DNA of 64,000 bases. It comes from Candidatus Aenigmatarchaeota archaeon. GTDB lineage: Archaea; Thermoplasmatota; Thermoplasmata; Halarchaeoplasmatales; Halarchaeoplasmataceae. How positions within the stretch are numbered: position 1 is the first letter of the stretch; the number at the start of each line of letters is the position of its first letter. Both the position numbers and the translations under genes were made by a program. The stretch is taken from positions 1,486 through 65,485 of the forward strand of contig JBKHKA010000006.1 of the NCBI GenBank assembly GCA_046537845.1, read 5' to 3'. Below the pieces are notes generated by a model. It saw nothing but the letters and a program-made list of their open reading frames with translations, did no database searches and was not told the origin of the DNA. Below are positions 55,713 to 63,825 of the stretch, one piece after another.

Positions 55713-58010
55713 TCAGTCTGAAAGCTTTTCTGGGTGGAACCTTTCTATCACATCCACGTATTCCTCCACCTGATCCATCGAAAGGTCCGTGATGGAGGCG
55801 ATCTCTTTTTTCGAGTAACCGTCCTTCATCAACCGCTGTACTCGGAGTGGATCCTTTATCTTGTCCTTCTGGACTTTCTCCTTTTGCTTCTCCAGCTTCT
55901 TCTCTTTCTTCTTTAGAGATTTGTTCCTTCGTTTTACCTTCTCTATCCTTTCAGATAGTTTCTCTTCTTTCTCTTTTAATTTTTCATTTCTCTGTTTCAA
56001 CTTCTTTCTACGAGTGGATACTTTCTCTTTTTGCTTCTTGAGCTCCTTTCTCAACTCGGTGATCTCCTCCGCCCTATTATCCAATCTTTCTTCTCTCTCG
56101 TCGAGCTGAGCTTTTCTCTCCGTGAACCTCTCTTTTTTCTGTTCGAGTTCCTCTTCATCCTCCTTGATCTTCTGTTCTCTTCGCTGTAATTCAGTTCTCT
56201 TCTCTTCTATATTGTCCCTTTCTTCCTCCAACCTTTCTTTTTCACTCTCGATACGTTCACTCTCGGTCTCTATCTTTTCGAGTTTTTGTTTGACTTCCTC
56301 CTTTTCATTTTCTATCCTCTCCAACTTTTCGTCAACATATTTTTCCCTTTTCTCGAGATCGTCTTCCCAGGTATCTAATTCCTTCTGTCTTTCTTCCAGC
56401 TCTGATTCCCATTCATTCAAATCTTTCTCCTTGCTGGATATCTCTTCTTCTCTAGCGTCCAAATCCTCTTCGGTTTCCTGGAGTTCATCCCCCAACTCCT
56501 CTAACTCTGATCTTTTTTTGACGATCATCCTTTCTTTTTCACCGAGATTTTCTTCTAATTCTTCTAGTTCTTCCTCTTTTTCTTCGATGTTCTTTCTAGC
56601 CCGTCTGAGATCCTTTAGTTTACTCTCCATATCTTCCTCCCGTTCTTTCAGTTTTTCTTCCCTCTCTTCAAGGACCTCTTCCTCCTCCTCAAGTTCTTTT
56701 GATTTCTGATCCAGCTCTTCTTCCCATGTGGTCAGTTCAGCATCTTTGTCCAACAGATCCTTCTCCAAAGCTTCCAATCTTTCTTCCTTCTTATCGACCT
56801 CCTCTAGAGTCTCTTCGGCCTCTTCCATGAACTCTGCCTTTTCGGCGACCTGCTCCTCTCTTTTTTCGAGTTCTTTTTCCTTCTCCCTTACGTCTCTGTC
56901 TTTTTCTTGTATCTCTTTTATCTTGTCTTGAAGTTTTTTATACTGTTTATTTAATTTTCCTTCAAAGTTGTTAAGATATTCTTCCTTTTTCTCTAATATA
57001 TCCTCCTTCTTTTGCAGATGTTCCTCCTTTGACTCTTCTTCGGATCTTGTTGGGGTCTCTATCTCATCCATCTCCTCTATCTTCTCCTCTCCCTCCGATC
57101 CAATTCTATCAGGAGGCGGGGGTAGTGTAGTTTCCTCATTCGGCTCTGTTTTTTCTTCATCCATATCCGCATCTTCTTTTTCAGAACCATCTCTTGTTTC
57201 TGAGGAAGTTCTAGATGGCATAGCATCGTCCGGATCCATATTCAAAAATCTATCTTCCTCTTTTTCCATAGATCCATCAACAAAATCGGGTGGTGGAGGT
57301 GGATATTCCTGAGATCTATTTACTTTCTTTTTTCGAGTGTTATTTTTTTCCTCGTCCTTTGCCGACATGAGTTCCGGAGGGGGCGGTGGAACGTCCGAAT
57401 CGATGTCGATGGCGGGGCTAGTATCATCATGAGGCCCTCCTCCTCCTCCCTCCGAAGAGAGCTCCGCTTCACCCTCTAGTTTTTCTTCGCTTTCTTCTCT
57501 CAACTCTTCATCTCCCTCTTCCAAACTAGACCCACAGTAAACGCAGTAAGAATCTCTGTCAGAGTTCAGCTGACCGCATCTAGGACACACAACAGTTCCT
57601 TTTTTTTTCTCTTCAGCCGACGGCGAGGCAGTATCTGATTCGATTTCGACTTCGGAACCAGTATCCTCAGGAACTTCTTCAGGCGTCTCTTCTTCAAAAT
57701 TTTCTACATCCTCAGGTGGTGAAGTAGGATTTTCTGATCCTTCAAGCTCATCAGGCTCATCTCCGTTCTCACTGATTTTTTCCTCGGCCAATCCCTTAAG
57801 ATCCTCTGCCTTTTTCGACGTGACATTCCGTATGTCTTCCAGATAGGACACATCTACTTCTATGATCTTCTCAAAATCATCCACTCCGGAATCGTATATA
57901 TTTTCCGCTGTGGCATGACCGATACCATTTACCGTCATCAGGGCATCGAGAAATTCTTCCTTTGGCACGGCCTCGTCTTTATTTTCTTCATCATTACGTT
58001 CATCATCCAT
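55713..58010 (-). CDS. HhH / zinc-ribbon / polyproline / very long E-K coiled-coil protein with C-terminal HTH-like tail
   Basis: The N-terminus is VNGIGHATAENIYDSGV...SKKAEDL (HhH). It has one zinc ribbon (CPRCG..CVYCG) and three PPPP(P) motifs. About 400 aa of E/K/L heptads follow. The C-terminus is GYSKKEIASITDLSMDQVEEYV (sigma-r4/LuxR-like HTH). Confidence 0.75.
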   Translation of the reverse strand: MDDERNDEENKDEAVPKEEFLDALMTVNGIGHATAENIYDSGVDDFEKIIEVDVSYLEDIRNVTSKKAEDLKGLAEEKISENGDEPDELEGSENPTSPPEDVENFEEETPEEVPEDTGSEVEIESDTASPSAEEKKKGTVVCPRCGQLNSDRDSYCVYCGSSLEEGDEELREESEEKLEGEAELSSEGGGGGPHDDTSPAIDIDSDVPPPPPELMSAKDEEKNNTRKKKVNRSQEYPPPPPDFVDGSMEKEEDRFLNMDPDDAMPSRTSSETRDGSEKEDADMDEEKTEPNEETTLPPPPDRIGSEGEEKIEEMDEIETPTRSEEESKEEHLQKKEDILEKKEEYLNNFEGKLNKQYKKLQDKIKEIQEKDRDVREKEKELEKREEQVAEKAEFMEEAEETLEEVDKKEERLEALEKDLLDKDAELTTWEEELDQKSKELEEEEEVLEEREEKLKEREEDMESKLKDLRRARKNIEEKEEELEELEENLGEKERMIVKKRSELEELGDELQETEEDLDAREEEISSKEKDLNEWESELEERQKELDTWEDDLEKREKYVDEKLERIENEKEEVKQKLEKIETESERIESEKERLEEERDNIEEKRTELQRREQKIKEDEEELEQKKERFTERKAQLDEREERLDNRAEEITELRKELKKQKEKVSTRRKKLKQRNEKLKEKEEKLSERIEKVKRRNKSLKKKEKKLEKQKEKVQKDKIKDPLRVQRLMKDGYSKKEIASITDLSMDQVEEYVDVIERFHPEKLSD

Positions 58011-58241
58011 CTTGACACCTTTTTGATAGAGGGCCTTTCGAATTCGCTCACATTTCTATGCCTTCATTGCTTACTTCCGATACGAATGAAAATCATCTTT
58101 TGGTCCTTCTACTTTTTACACCGGGTTGAGAGGGTCGCGACTCCTCGAAGGACAGGTTAATCACTATCTATCACTTTAAGTGGTTTATAGGTATAATAAA
58201 TTTACCCCGGCCTTGATGAGACAATACATAAGAAGGATAAG

Positions 58242-58347
58242 CGCCGAGAAGGGGATTCGAACCCCTGAGGTGCAAGGCACCACGAGATTTCAAGTCCCTA
58301 TGGAGGGATCTCCAATCTCGCGCCGTACCAGGCTAGGCTATCTCGGC
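58242..58347 (-). tRNA. tRNA-Ser (type II, long variable arm), most likely anticodon GGA, with a 21-nt intron in the anticodon loop
   Basis: The minus strand reads GCCGAGA..TCTCGGC-G (acceptor plus discriminator G). The T arm is AGGGG-TTCGAAT-CCCCT and the variable arm is GGTGC-CTT-GCACC. The anticodon stem CGAGA/TCTCG encloses TTGGAG|ATCCCTCCATAGGGACTTGAA|A. Confidence 0.85.
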
Positions 58348-58384
58348 AGAAGGTAAACAGAACTATACAGAAGGGCTATATAAT

Positions 58385-59335
58385 TCATTTCCATCTTCGT
58401 GGATACTCACCTGAGGGTGAAAAGACCCTATCCGTCTTGACGATCAAACCCTCGTCTTTCTCAACGACCTCCTCCGCATTGTACAGGGCTTCTCCCACGG
58501 CTAAACCTTCGCCTTTCACTGATAAGATAGCGACTCGATCTCTCGAAGAAAATCCGTCCATCTTCACGATCCCCGGCGCTGCTAGGTCCGCACCGTTCAA
58601 TATGGATCCCGCAGCGGTATCCTTGACTACGATCTTTGGAAAGATGTCTAACGCCCTTTCATAAGGCAGTAGGACGTCTTTCAAATTTTCTTCATCGCCC
58701 TCCTTGTAGTATTCATACGCATCTCTGACCTCCTGGAGAAGTACCGTCTCTTCCTCCGTGAACCCTCCTGCTTCGATCCTCCTGAGTTCCATCATGTGAG
58801 CACCGAGACCCATGGCTTTTCCGACGTCTTTACATAGGGTTCGGATATAGGTTCCAGACTCACACCTCACTTTCAAAAGATATTCTCTTCTCCTGCTATC
58901 TAAGAGTTCTATGGCGTAGATCTCTCTCTTTCTCCTTCTCCTCTTGACCCCTGAACGCAGCGGCGGTATTTGGTATATCTCTCCCATAAAATCCTCAAGC
59001 ACTTCCTTGACTTCACTCTCCTCAACATTCCCATGAAATTTCATAGCCGCCACATATTCCTTTGGAGCTGAATGTAGCAGATCAAGGACTCTAACAGTAT
59101 TCCCCAGACCCATGGGTAAAACGCCCGTCACGTTAGGATCGAGAGTTCCGCTATGAGCCGCTTTGATTTCGAATATCTTTTTAACCCATGCAGAAACTTG
59201 GTGGCTGGAAGGACCTTCGGGTTTATCGACGATCATCAACGATCGTGGTATCGCCTCTTCAACGGTCCTCCTGAAAGGGTAAGTTCCCCATTCAGACACG
59301 GTATCCACTTCATCGATCACGTACTCGCATTTCAT
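58385..59335 (-). CDS. cbf5: tRNA/rRNA pseudouridine synthase Cbf5 (archaeal TruB) with PUA domain
   Basis: GPSSHQVSAWVKKIF, AHSGTLDPNVTGVLPMGLG (catalytic Asp) and a C-terminal PUA domain (GSILNGADLAAPGIV). Confidence 0.93.
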   Translation of the reverse strand: MKCEYVIDEVDTVSEWGTYPFRRTVEEAIPRSLMIVDKPEGPSSHQVSAWVKKIFEIKAAHSGTLDPNVTGVLPMGLGNTVRVLDLLHSAPKEYVAAMKFHGNVEESEVKEVLEDFMGEIYQIPPLRSGVKRRRRKREIYAIELLDSRRREYLLKVRCESGTYIRTLCKDVGKAMGLGAHMMELRRIEAGGFTEEETVLLQEVRDAYEYYKEGDEENLKDVLLPYERALDIFPKIVVKDTAAGSILNGADLAAPGIVKMDGFSSRDRVAILSVKGEGLAVGEALYNAEEVVEKDEGLIVKTDRVFSPSGEYPRRWK

Positions 59336-59885
59336 CTTTAACCCCCACTATTATCTTATCAACGATCTCTTCAGGCCTGTTCTTCACTGAATCTATCACC
59401 TCATCGTAGAAAGATGTATCAAAAAGATCTATGTCGTAATATTCTCGGTACCTTTTCTCCTCGCTCCTTTCCCTCTTCAGAACCCTTTCTTTCAACTCTT
59501 CTAGATCTCCATAGCTTTCTCTTTCCGCTATCCTCTCAACTCTGGTCTTCAGAGGGGCCTGGATCCATACTTTGTAAGCTTCTTTATCAGACATCTTTAG
59601 GAGATGACCCGTTAACCTCCCTTCCAATATCATGCCTGGCGAAGCCCTCTCGACCATCCTTTCATCCAATTCCTTGTCTATCTCATCGTCTTCTTCGGCA
59701 AGCTCGCTGAATTCTTCCAGCGACATATCCTTTTTTTCGGCCATGTTACGGAAGACTTCGCCAGCTGAGAGGACCTCCATACCTGTAGCTTCGGATAACC
59801 TCTCGGCCGCTGTAGTAGTACCGCTGCCGGGAAGGCCACTGATAGTGATGATAAGGCTTTTAAAGGTTTCAGAAGATACTACGTC
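59310..59885 (-). CDS. cmk: cytidylate kinase, archaeal type (start codon unresolved)
   Basis: LIITISGLPGSGTTTAAERLSEATGMEVLSAGEVFR is the archaeal Cmk N-terminus. No ATG, GTG or TTG lies near it. The only in-frame starts (GTG 59984, TTG 60005) are deep inside the upstream gene. The 5' coordinate given is approximate. Confidence 0.75.
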   Translation of the reverse strand, partial: DVVSSETFKSLIITISGLPGSGTTTAAERLSEATGMEVLSAGEVFRNMAEKKDMSLEEFSELAEEDDEIDKELDERMVERASPGMILEGRLTGHLLKMSDKEAYKVWIQAPLKTRVERIAERESYGDLEELKERVLKRERSEEKRYREYYDIDLFDTSFYDEVIDSVKNRPEEIVDKIIVGVKDEMRVRDR

Positions 59886-60607
59886 TCTCCCTCCTTTAGG
59901 CGTTTTTTGAAGTCGTACATTTTGAGCAGGACCATAAGGACCTGCGTGAAGGGCAAAGAGATGAGCATGTAAACACCTATCCACTGGGGAAAGGGCATGA
60001 AACAACCCGATATCAACGGATCGGTCAGAGTCGCGTTCAACGCCCAGGGAACAGAGAAAGTTTTATTGGGGAGATCACCCACAAACTGCCAGATCCAACC
60101 GAATATGGATATCACAACGATCATGGTGATCGCCATGGATTTTAATTGAGGCTTGAAAGAGTCCATGGACATCTTGGAGATCTCTTCCTGCTGTTTCTCC
60201 ATCTTCTTCACTTTGGTCTGCTTGTTGGCTCTTTTAGCCTCCATCAGTTCCTGGCGGAATTTATTGCTGATCTTCTGTTTTTCCGCCATATCGACCCAAT
60301 CGATGAAGAAATCTCTTATCAACGTGGAGAAAGTTATCATGATGATACCCACGCACATCAGTGTGAGGATGGGATATTCTCCTCCAAAACCGACGAGAGG
60401 ATACAATACCTTACCCAAAGCTTCACCCATCTGATCTCTTAGATCTCTATCGAACATCACCATCAGGGCCATCAGCCCCAAAAATATATAGATGAATCTG
60501 CGTAGACTGAAGATGGACTCACCGGACGAGCCGCCGGAGGAAGCTTTCTCATTTTTCTCTCCCTTTTCAGTCCCTTCCTTTTTTTCCTCTTCGCTGATAT
60601 CATTCAC
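59879..60607 (-). CDS. DUF106-family membrane protein (archaeal YidC/Oxa1/EMC3-like insertase)
   Basis: It has three TMs with a basic coiled coil between TM1 and TM2 (KQKISNKFRQELMEAKRANKQTKVKKMEKQQEE). It occupies the conserved position between secY and cmk. Confidence 0.8.
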   Translation of the reverse strand: MNDISEEEKKEGTEKGEKNEKASSGGSSGESIFSLRRFIYIFLGLMALMVMFDRDLRDQMGEALGKVLYPLVGFGGEYPILTLMCVGIIMITFSTLIRDFFIDWVDMAEKQKISNKFRQELMEAKRANKQTKVKKMEKQQEEISKMSMDSFKPQLKSMAITMIVVISIFGWIWQFVGDLPNKTFSVPWALNATLTDPLISGCFMPFPQWIGVYMLISLPFTQVLMVLLKMYDFKKRLKEGET

Positions 60608-60627
60608 CTCGATTTTAGCTTCTCATG

Positions 60628-62205
60628 CTACTGCTCACCAAAGAAATCTCTGAGTGCCGGATGCATCTCCATCATCTGCTCCTTGCCTATCTGTTCGTAT
60701 AATTGGGTGAGTATAGAGACAGCTAGGAACAGACTGATCCCCGTGGCGTTACCTACCGATCCTAGCATGTTAGATACAGCGGCGATAGCCCCGATAAAGA
60801 AACCGCTGAAAACGGTGACTGTGGGTATATACCTTTTCAGTACCCTTTGAAGCACCCGAGGGTCTCGTCTAAAACCTGGGATCTGCATACCACTATCCTG
60901 TATCTGTTCAGCAACCGATTCTGCATCCATGTTCGTGGTCTTCACCCAGAACTTGGAGAACAGAACACAGAAAACCGACATGAACGAAAAATGACCTATG
61001 ACCTTAAGTATGACCTTCGTCTTGGTGTGGCTCCACTCAACGCCCTCTGGAGAGAGCATGTATTCATACCTCTCGGAGATCAGAGGGAGAAGCCACTCCT
61101 GTATACCGTCGACCCTAGAGATGTACCATACAGCTCCGCTCACCGGCTCCGTACTTCCCTCCTGGAAAACACCTAGCCATGATTGTCCTCCTAACAAAGG
61201 AAAGCTCTGAAAGGTCGGGTTAGTATAGAATAACATAGAGAATAAGTTTATATTAGATAGAAGGGCAGAAGTCAATATGACTGGAAGTACTGATGCATAG
61301 GCTAATTTGATAGGATACCTACCCCGTGCACCTCTAGCTCTCCCATGGGCTAATGGCAACTCGATCCTGCTTCCTTGAATATAAGCTACGATCAATAATA
61401 TTAAAATGGTAAAGACCAGGCCCATGACTGGATTTGGCGGCTGTATCAGCGCGCTTTCGAGTTCCCCTCCCGCCCATTCAGCCGCACTTTGGTGTCTCAT
61501 CATGTGGATCACCTTTGGAACGGTCCCTGCAGGCACGTCACCCTCTGGTGTAGACTCCCAGTTGAAAAGACCAGTGAACAGACCTTGAGCTACCCCTGCA
61601 ACGATGAAAAGGCTGATCCCGCTGCCTATACCCCATTTAGAGACCACTTCATCCATCAGGAAAATGAAGTAACCGCCAAGAACTATCTGGGCCACTATAA
61701 GGATCCGGGCAACTAAAAGCCCATTACCAGTAAAATAACCGCCAAGAGTAGAAACTAAGGCATCTGCGGGGATGAGATATCCATAAACTTGAGGTACAGC
61801 CTGAACGAACAGCATCACTATAACCAGGAATTTCTGAGTATTTTGGAATATGGCTTTGTCATCTGGATCCTTCATATCGAGATCTACGATCTCTGCTCCC
61901 TGAAACAACTGCATGATTATAGAAGCGTTGACTATGGGCGTTATACCAAGATGAACTATAGAGCCGTGTTCTCCCGCAAATATGGCCCTGAACTGCTCGA
62001 AAAGATCCAGTGACCTTTCGAGGCTGAGACCGTAGATGGTCACGTTGGTCATTACCAGATAAGTGATCAGGACCAAGATCAGCCAGAACATCTTCCGACG
62101 GAAATGAACGTGACCTTCCGGCCTCTTAACAGCGGGCATCCGATCGATCAATGGTTTGAGTTTGTATAGAAGACTTTTATCCTCATCCTCAGCCATAAAA
62201 ATCAC
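60628..62205 (-). CDS. secY: preprotein translocase subunit SecY
   Basis: This 525-aa 10-TM protein follows uL15 and has typical SecY motifs (GITPIVNASIIMQL, GSGISLFI). The GTG at 62205 overlaps the uL15 stop. The ATG at 62196 is an alternative. Confidence 0.95.
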   Translation of the reverse strand: MIFMAEDEDKSLLYKLKPLIDRMPAVKRPEGHVHFRRKMFWLILVLITYLVMTNVTIYGLSLERSLDLFEQFRAIFAGEHGSIVHLGITPIVNASIIMQLFQGAEIVDLDMKDPDDKAIFQNTQKFLVIVMLFVQAVPQVYGYLIPADALVSTLGGYFTGNGLLVARILIVAQIVLGGYFIFLMDEVVSKWGIGSGISLFIVAGVAQGLFTGLFNWESTPEGDVPAGTVPKVIHMMRHQSAAEWAGGELESALIQPPNPVMGLVFTILILLIVAYIQGSRIELPLAHGRARGARGRYPIKLAYASVLPVILTSALLSNINLFSMLFYTNPTFQSFPLLGGQSWLGVFQEGSTEPVSGAVWYISRVDGIQEWLLPLISERYEYMLSPEGVEWSHTKTKVILKVIGHFSFMSVFCVLFSKFWVKTTNMDAESVAEQIQDSGMQIPGFRRDPRVLQRVLKRYIPTVTVFSGFFIGAIAAVSNMLGSVGNATGISLFLAVSILTQLYEQIGKEQMMEMHPALRDFFGEQ

Positions 62206-62648
62206 TTCTCATCTGCGATTATTTCTCCTCCTGCATCTTCTATCTTCTTTTTCGCTTTATCACTCGAGTTGGAAACTCTGATCTTCATCTCTTTGGTAGG
62301 GGTGCCTCTGCTCAGGAGTTTGTCGAATCCCGCCTCCTCCAGATCTACCTCGTAAACGGAACCTTCCTTCTCCGCAAAGCCCTGATCTATAAGATCATCT
62401 AGTGATTCCTCTATCTGATATATATTGATGACATCTTCCTCTTCAACGAGTTGTTGAGGACGGCTGAAACCTTTAGGACCGAAGTAATCAGGGTCTTCGT
62501 TAGCCAGTTTAGACCACTTGTGCTTTCCTAGGCCGGCTTTTCCTCTTCCACCTCGTTCACCGGCTCCTCTGCCTTTCTTTGTGCCCCGACCATGGCTGCG
62601 GGAACCTCTTTTTTTCTTGGTCTTTTTTTTGCCCATATATATCATCAT
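62202..62648 (-). CDS. rpl15: 50S ribosomal protein uL15
   Basis: KKKRGSRSHGRGTKKGRGAGERGGRGKAGLGKHKW. Confidence 0.92.
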   Translation of the reverse strand: MMIYMGKKKTKKKRGSRSHGRGTKKGRGAGERGGRGKAGLGKHKWSKLANEDPDYFGPKGFSRPQQLVEEEDVINIYQIEESLDDLIDQGFAEKEGSVYEVDLEEAGFDKLLSRGTPTKEMKIRVSNSSDKAKKKIEDAGGEIIADEK

Positions 62649-63148
62649 CCTTCTTCTTCAACCGCTTCGTCATCATATTCATACTCTGGTCCCAACATAA
62701 TCATCAACAGGTCGTTGATGTCTTGACCTCGATAACCCAGAGCGCCGCCGTTCTTATAGGCCTTTTTGATACCCTTATATCCGCCTTCGGGTGGATGGAG
62801 CCTGAACAGATTCCGTAAACCATCGACTTCATCGATGGTGATCTCGTCTTTTAAGACGGCCTCGACGAATTCTTCTACACTTCCGCATGACGTCTGGTCC
62901 TTTATTTTTTTTTCCATCTCTTCCAATTCTATATCTGATCGATGTTTCAACAGTTCAGATAGTGTCTCTTCGTTCACTTCCCCCCACGTGATAAAATCTT
63001 TGACTCTGTTCAGCATGCCTTTATAGGTCTCTACATCTGGAACCACAGTACAGTGATTGACCCTGTTCAATCGGAGCATCTTTAAAGTATCTTCCATCTT
63101 CTTCTGTTTTTTCCTAGGACTCCTTATCCTTAATACCGCAAAAGCCAT
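62645..63148 (-). CDS. rpl30: 50S ribosomal protein uL30
   Basis: MAFAVLRIRSPRKKQKKMEDTLKMLRLNRVNHCTVV, located between uS5 and uL15. Confidence 0.92.
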   Translation of the reverse strand: MAFAVLRIRSPRKKQKKMEDTLKMLRLNRVNHCTVVPDVETYKGMLNRVKDFITWGEVNEETLSELLKHRSDIELEEMEKKIKDQTSCGSVEEFVEAVLKDEITIDEVDGLRNLFRLHPPEGGYKGIKKAYKNGGALGYRGQDINDLLMIMLGPEYEYDDEAVEEEG

Positions 63149-63150
63149 CT

Positions 63151-63825
63151 TTAGCCCTCCTGTTCTGATGTTTCCTCTTCAACCTTATGTATTCCGGATA
63201 TGATCCCGAGTTCCTCGGCTGTATCTTCTTTTACCCTCATCTTTGATGTTTCTTTCAGAGCATCGAAAACGGCCAAGGCATAATTCACCGTCGTCCTTGT
63301 CTTCCCTTTTGAGAACCCCCACATGTCTTCGATACCTGCTCTTGTTAGTATAGATTTAGCTGTTTCACCAACAGCGAGGCCTATACCGCTCGGCGCAGGT
63401 TTCAATTGGATCTTCACCGAACCAGCTTTTCCCTCGACTTCAAACGGGATCGTATGTGGATCTCCACAGCCACACTCCCATGAGCCGCAGCCTCTGCGTA
63501 TCCTGACGATATTCAATTTGGCATTGTTCATACACTTCCGGATGGTGGGTCCGACCTCTTTTCCTTTAGCCGTGGCCACTCCCACATAACCATCGTTGTT
63601 CCCCACCACGCATGTGACGGTAAATCTGACCCTTCTTCCAGAATCGGTCATCCTCTGGACCATGTTGACATCCAAAACATCATCATCGAGTTCAGAGAAT
63701 AAAGCATCTATTATCTCAGGCTCCTTTATAGGTAACCGAGTGGCTAAAGCATCTTCCATGGTGGTTATCTCGCCTCTTTTTACTTTTCTCCCTAGTCGGG
63801 TCTTTGGTTCCCATTCGTACATCAT
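63151..63825 (-). CDS. rps5: 30S ribosomal protein uS5
   Basis: [64 protein letters not shown] lies upstream of the ATG. Confidence 0.95.
   Translation of the reverse strand: MMYEWEPKTRLGRKVKRGEITTMEDALATRLPIKEPEIIDALFSELDDDVLDVNMVQRMTDSGRRVRFTVTCVVGNNDGYVGVATAKGKEVGPTIRKCMNNAKLNIVRIRRGCGSWECGCGDPHTIPFEVEGKAGSVKIQLKPAPSGIGLAVGETAKSILTRAGIEDMWGFSKGKTRTTVNYALAVFDALKETSKMRVKEDTAEELGIISGIHKVEEETSEQEG

Noticed and set aside
55734-57312. A series of plus-strand ORFs (60-195 aa) extremely rich in Ser, Phe and Leu.
   Set aside because: They are antisense shadows of the purine-rich E/K coiled-coil coding tract of the 765-aa minus-strand gene. Their low-complexity composition has no independent support.
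58214-58268. A C-box-like UGAUGAG (58214-58220) and a CUGA about 50 nt downstream on the plus strand, suggestive of a C/D box sRNA.
   Set aside because: There are no internal C'/D' boxes or terminal stem, and the putative D box lies inside the minus-strand tRNA-Ser gene. This is most likely coincidence.
58242-58347. An alternative reading of tRNA-Ser with anticodon UGA (loop CUUGAAA) and the intron upstream of position 32.
   Set aside because: With 21-nt intron boundaries, no 4-bp helix plus 3-nt bulge geometry fits that placement. The 37/38 placement puts the perfect UCCCU/AGGGA inner helix and both 3-nt bulges in the correct register. It is kept as a caveat because the central helix is weak.
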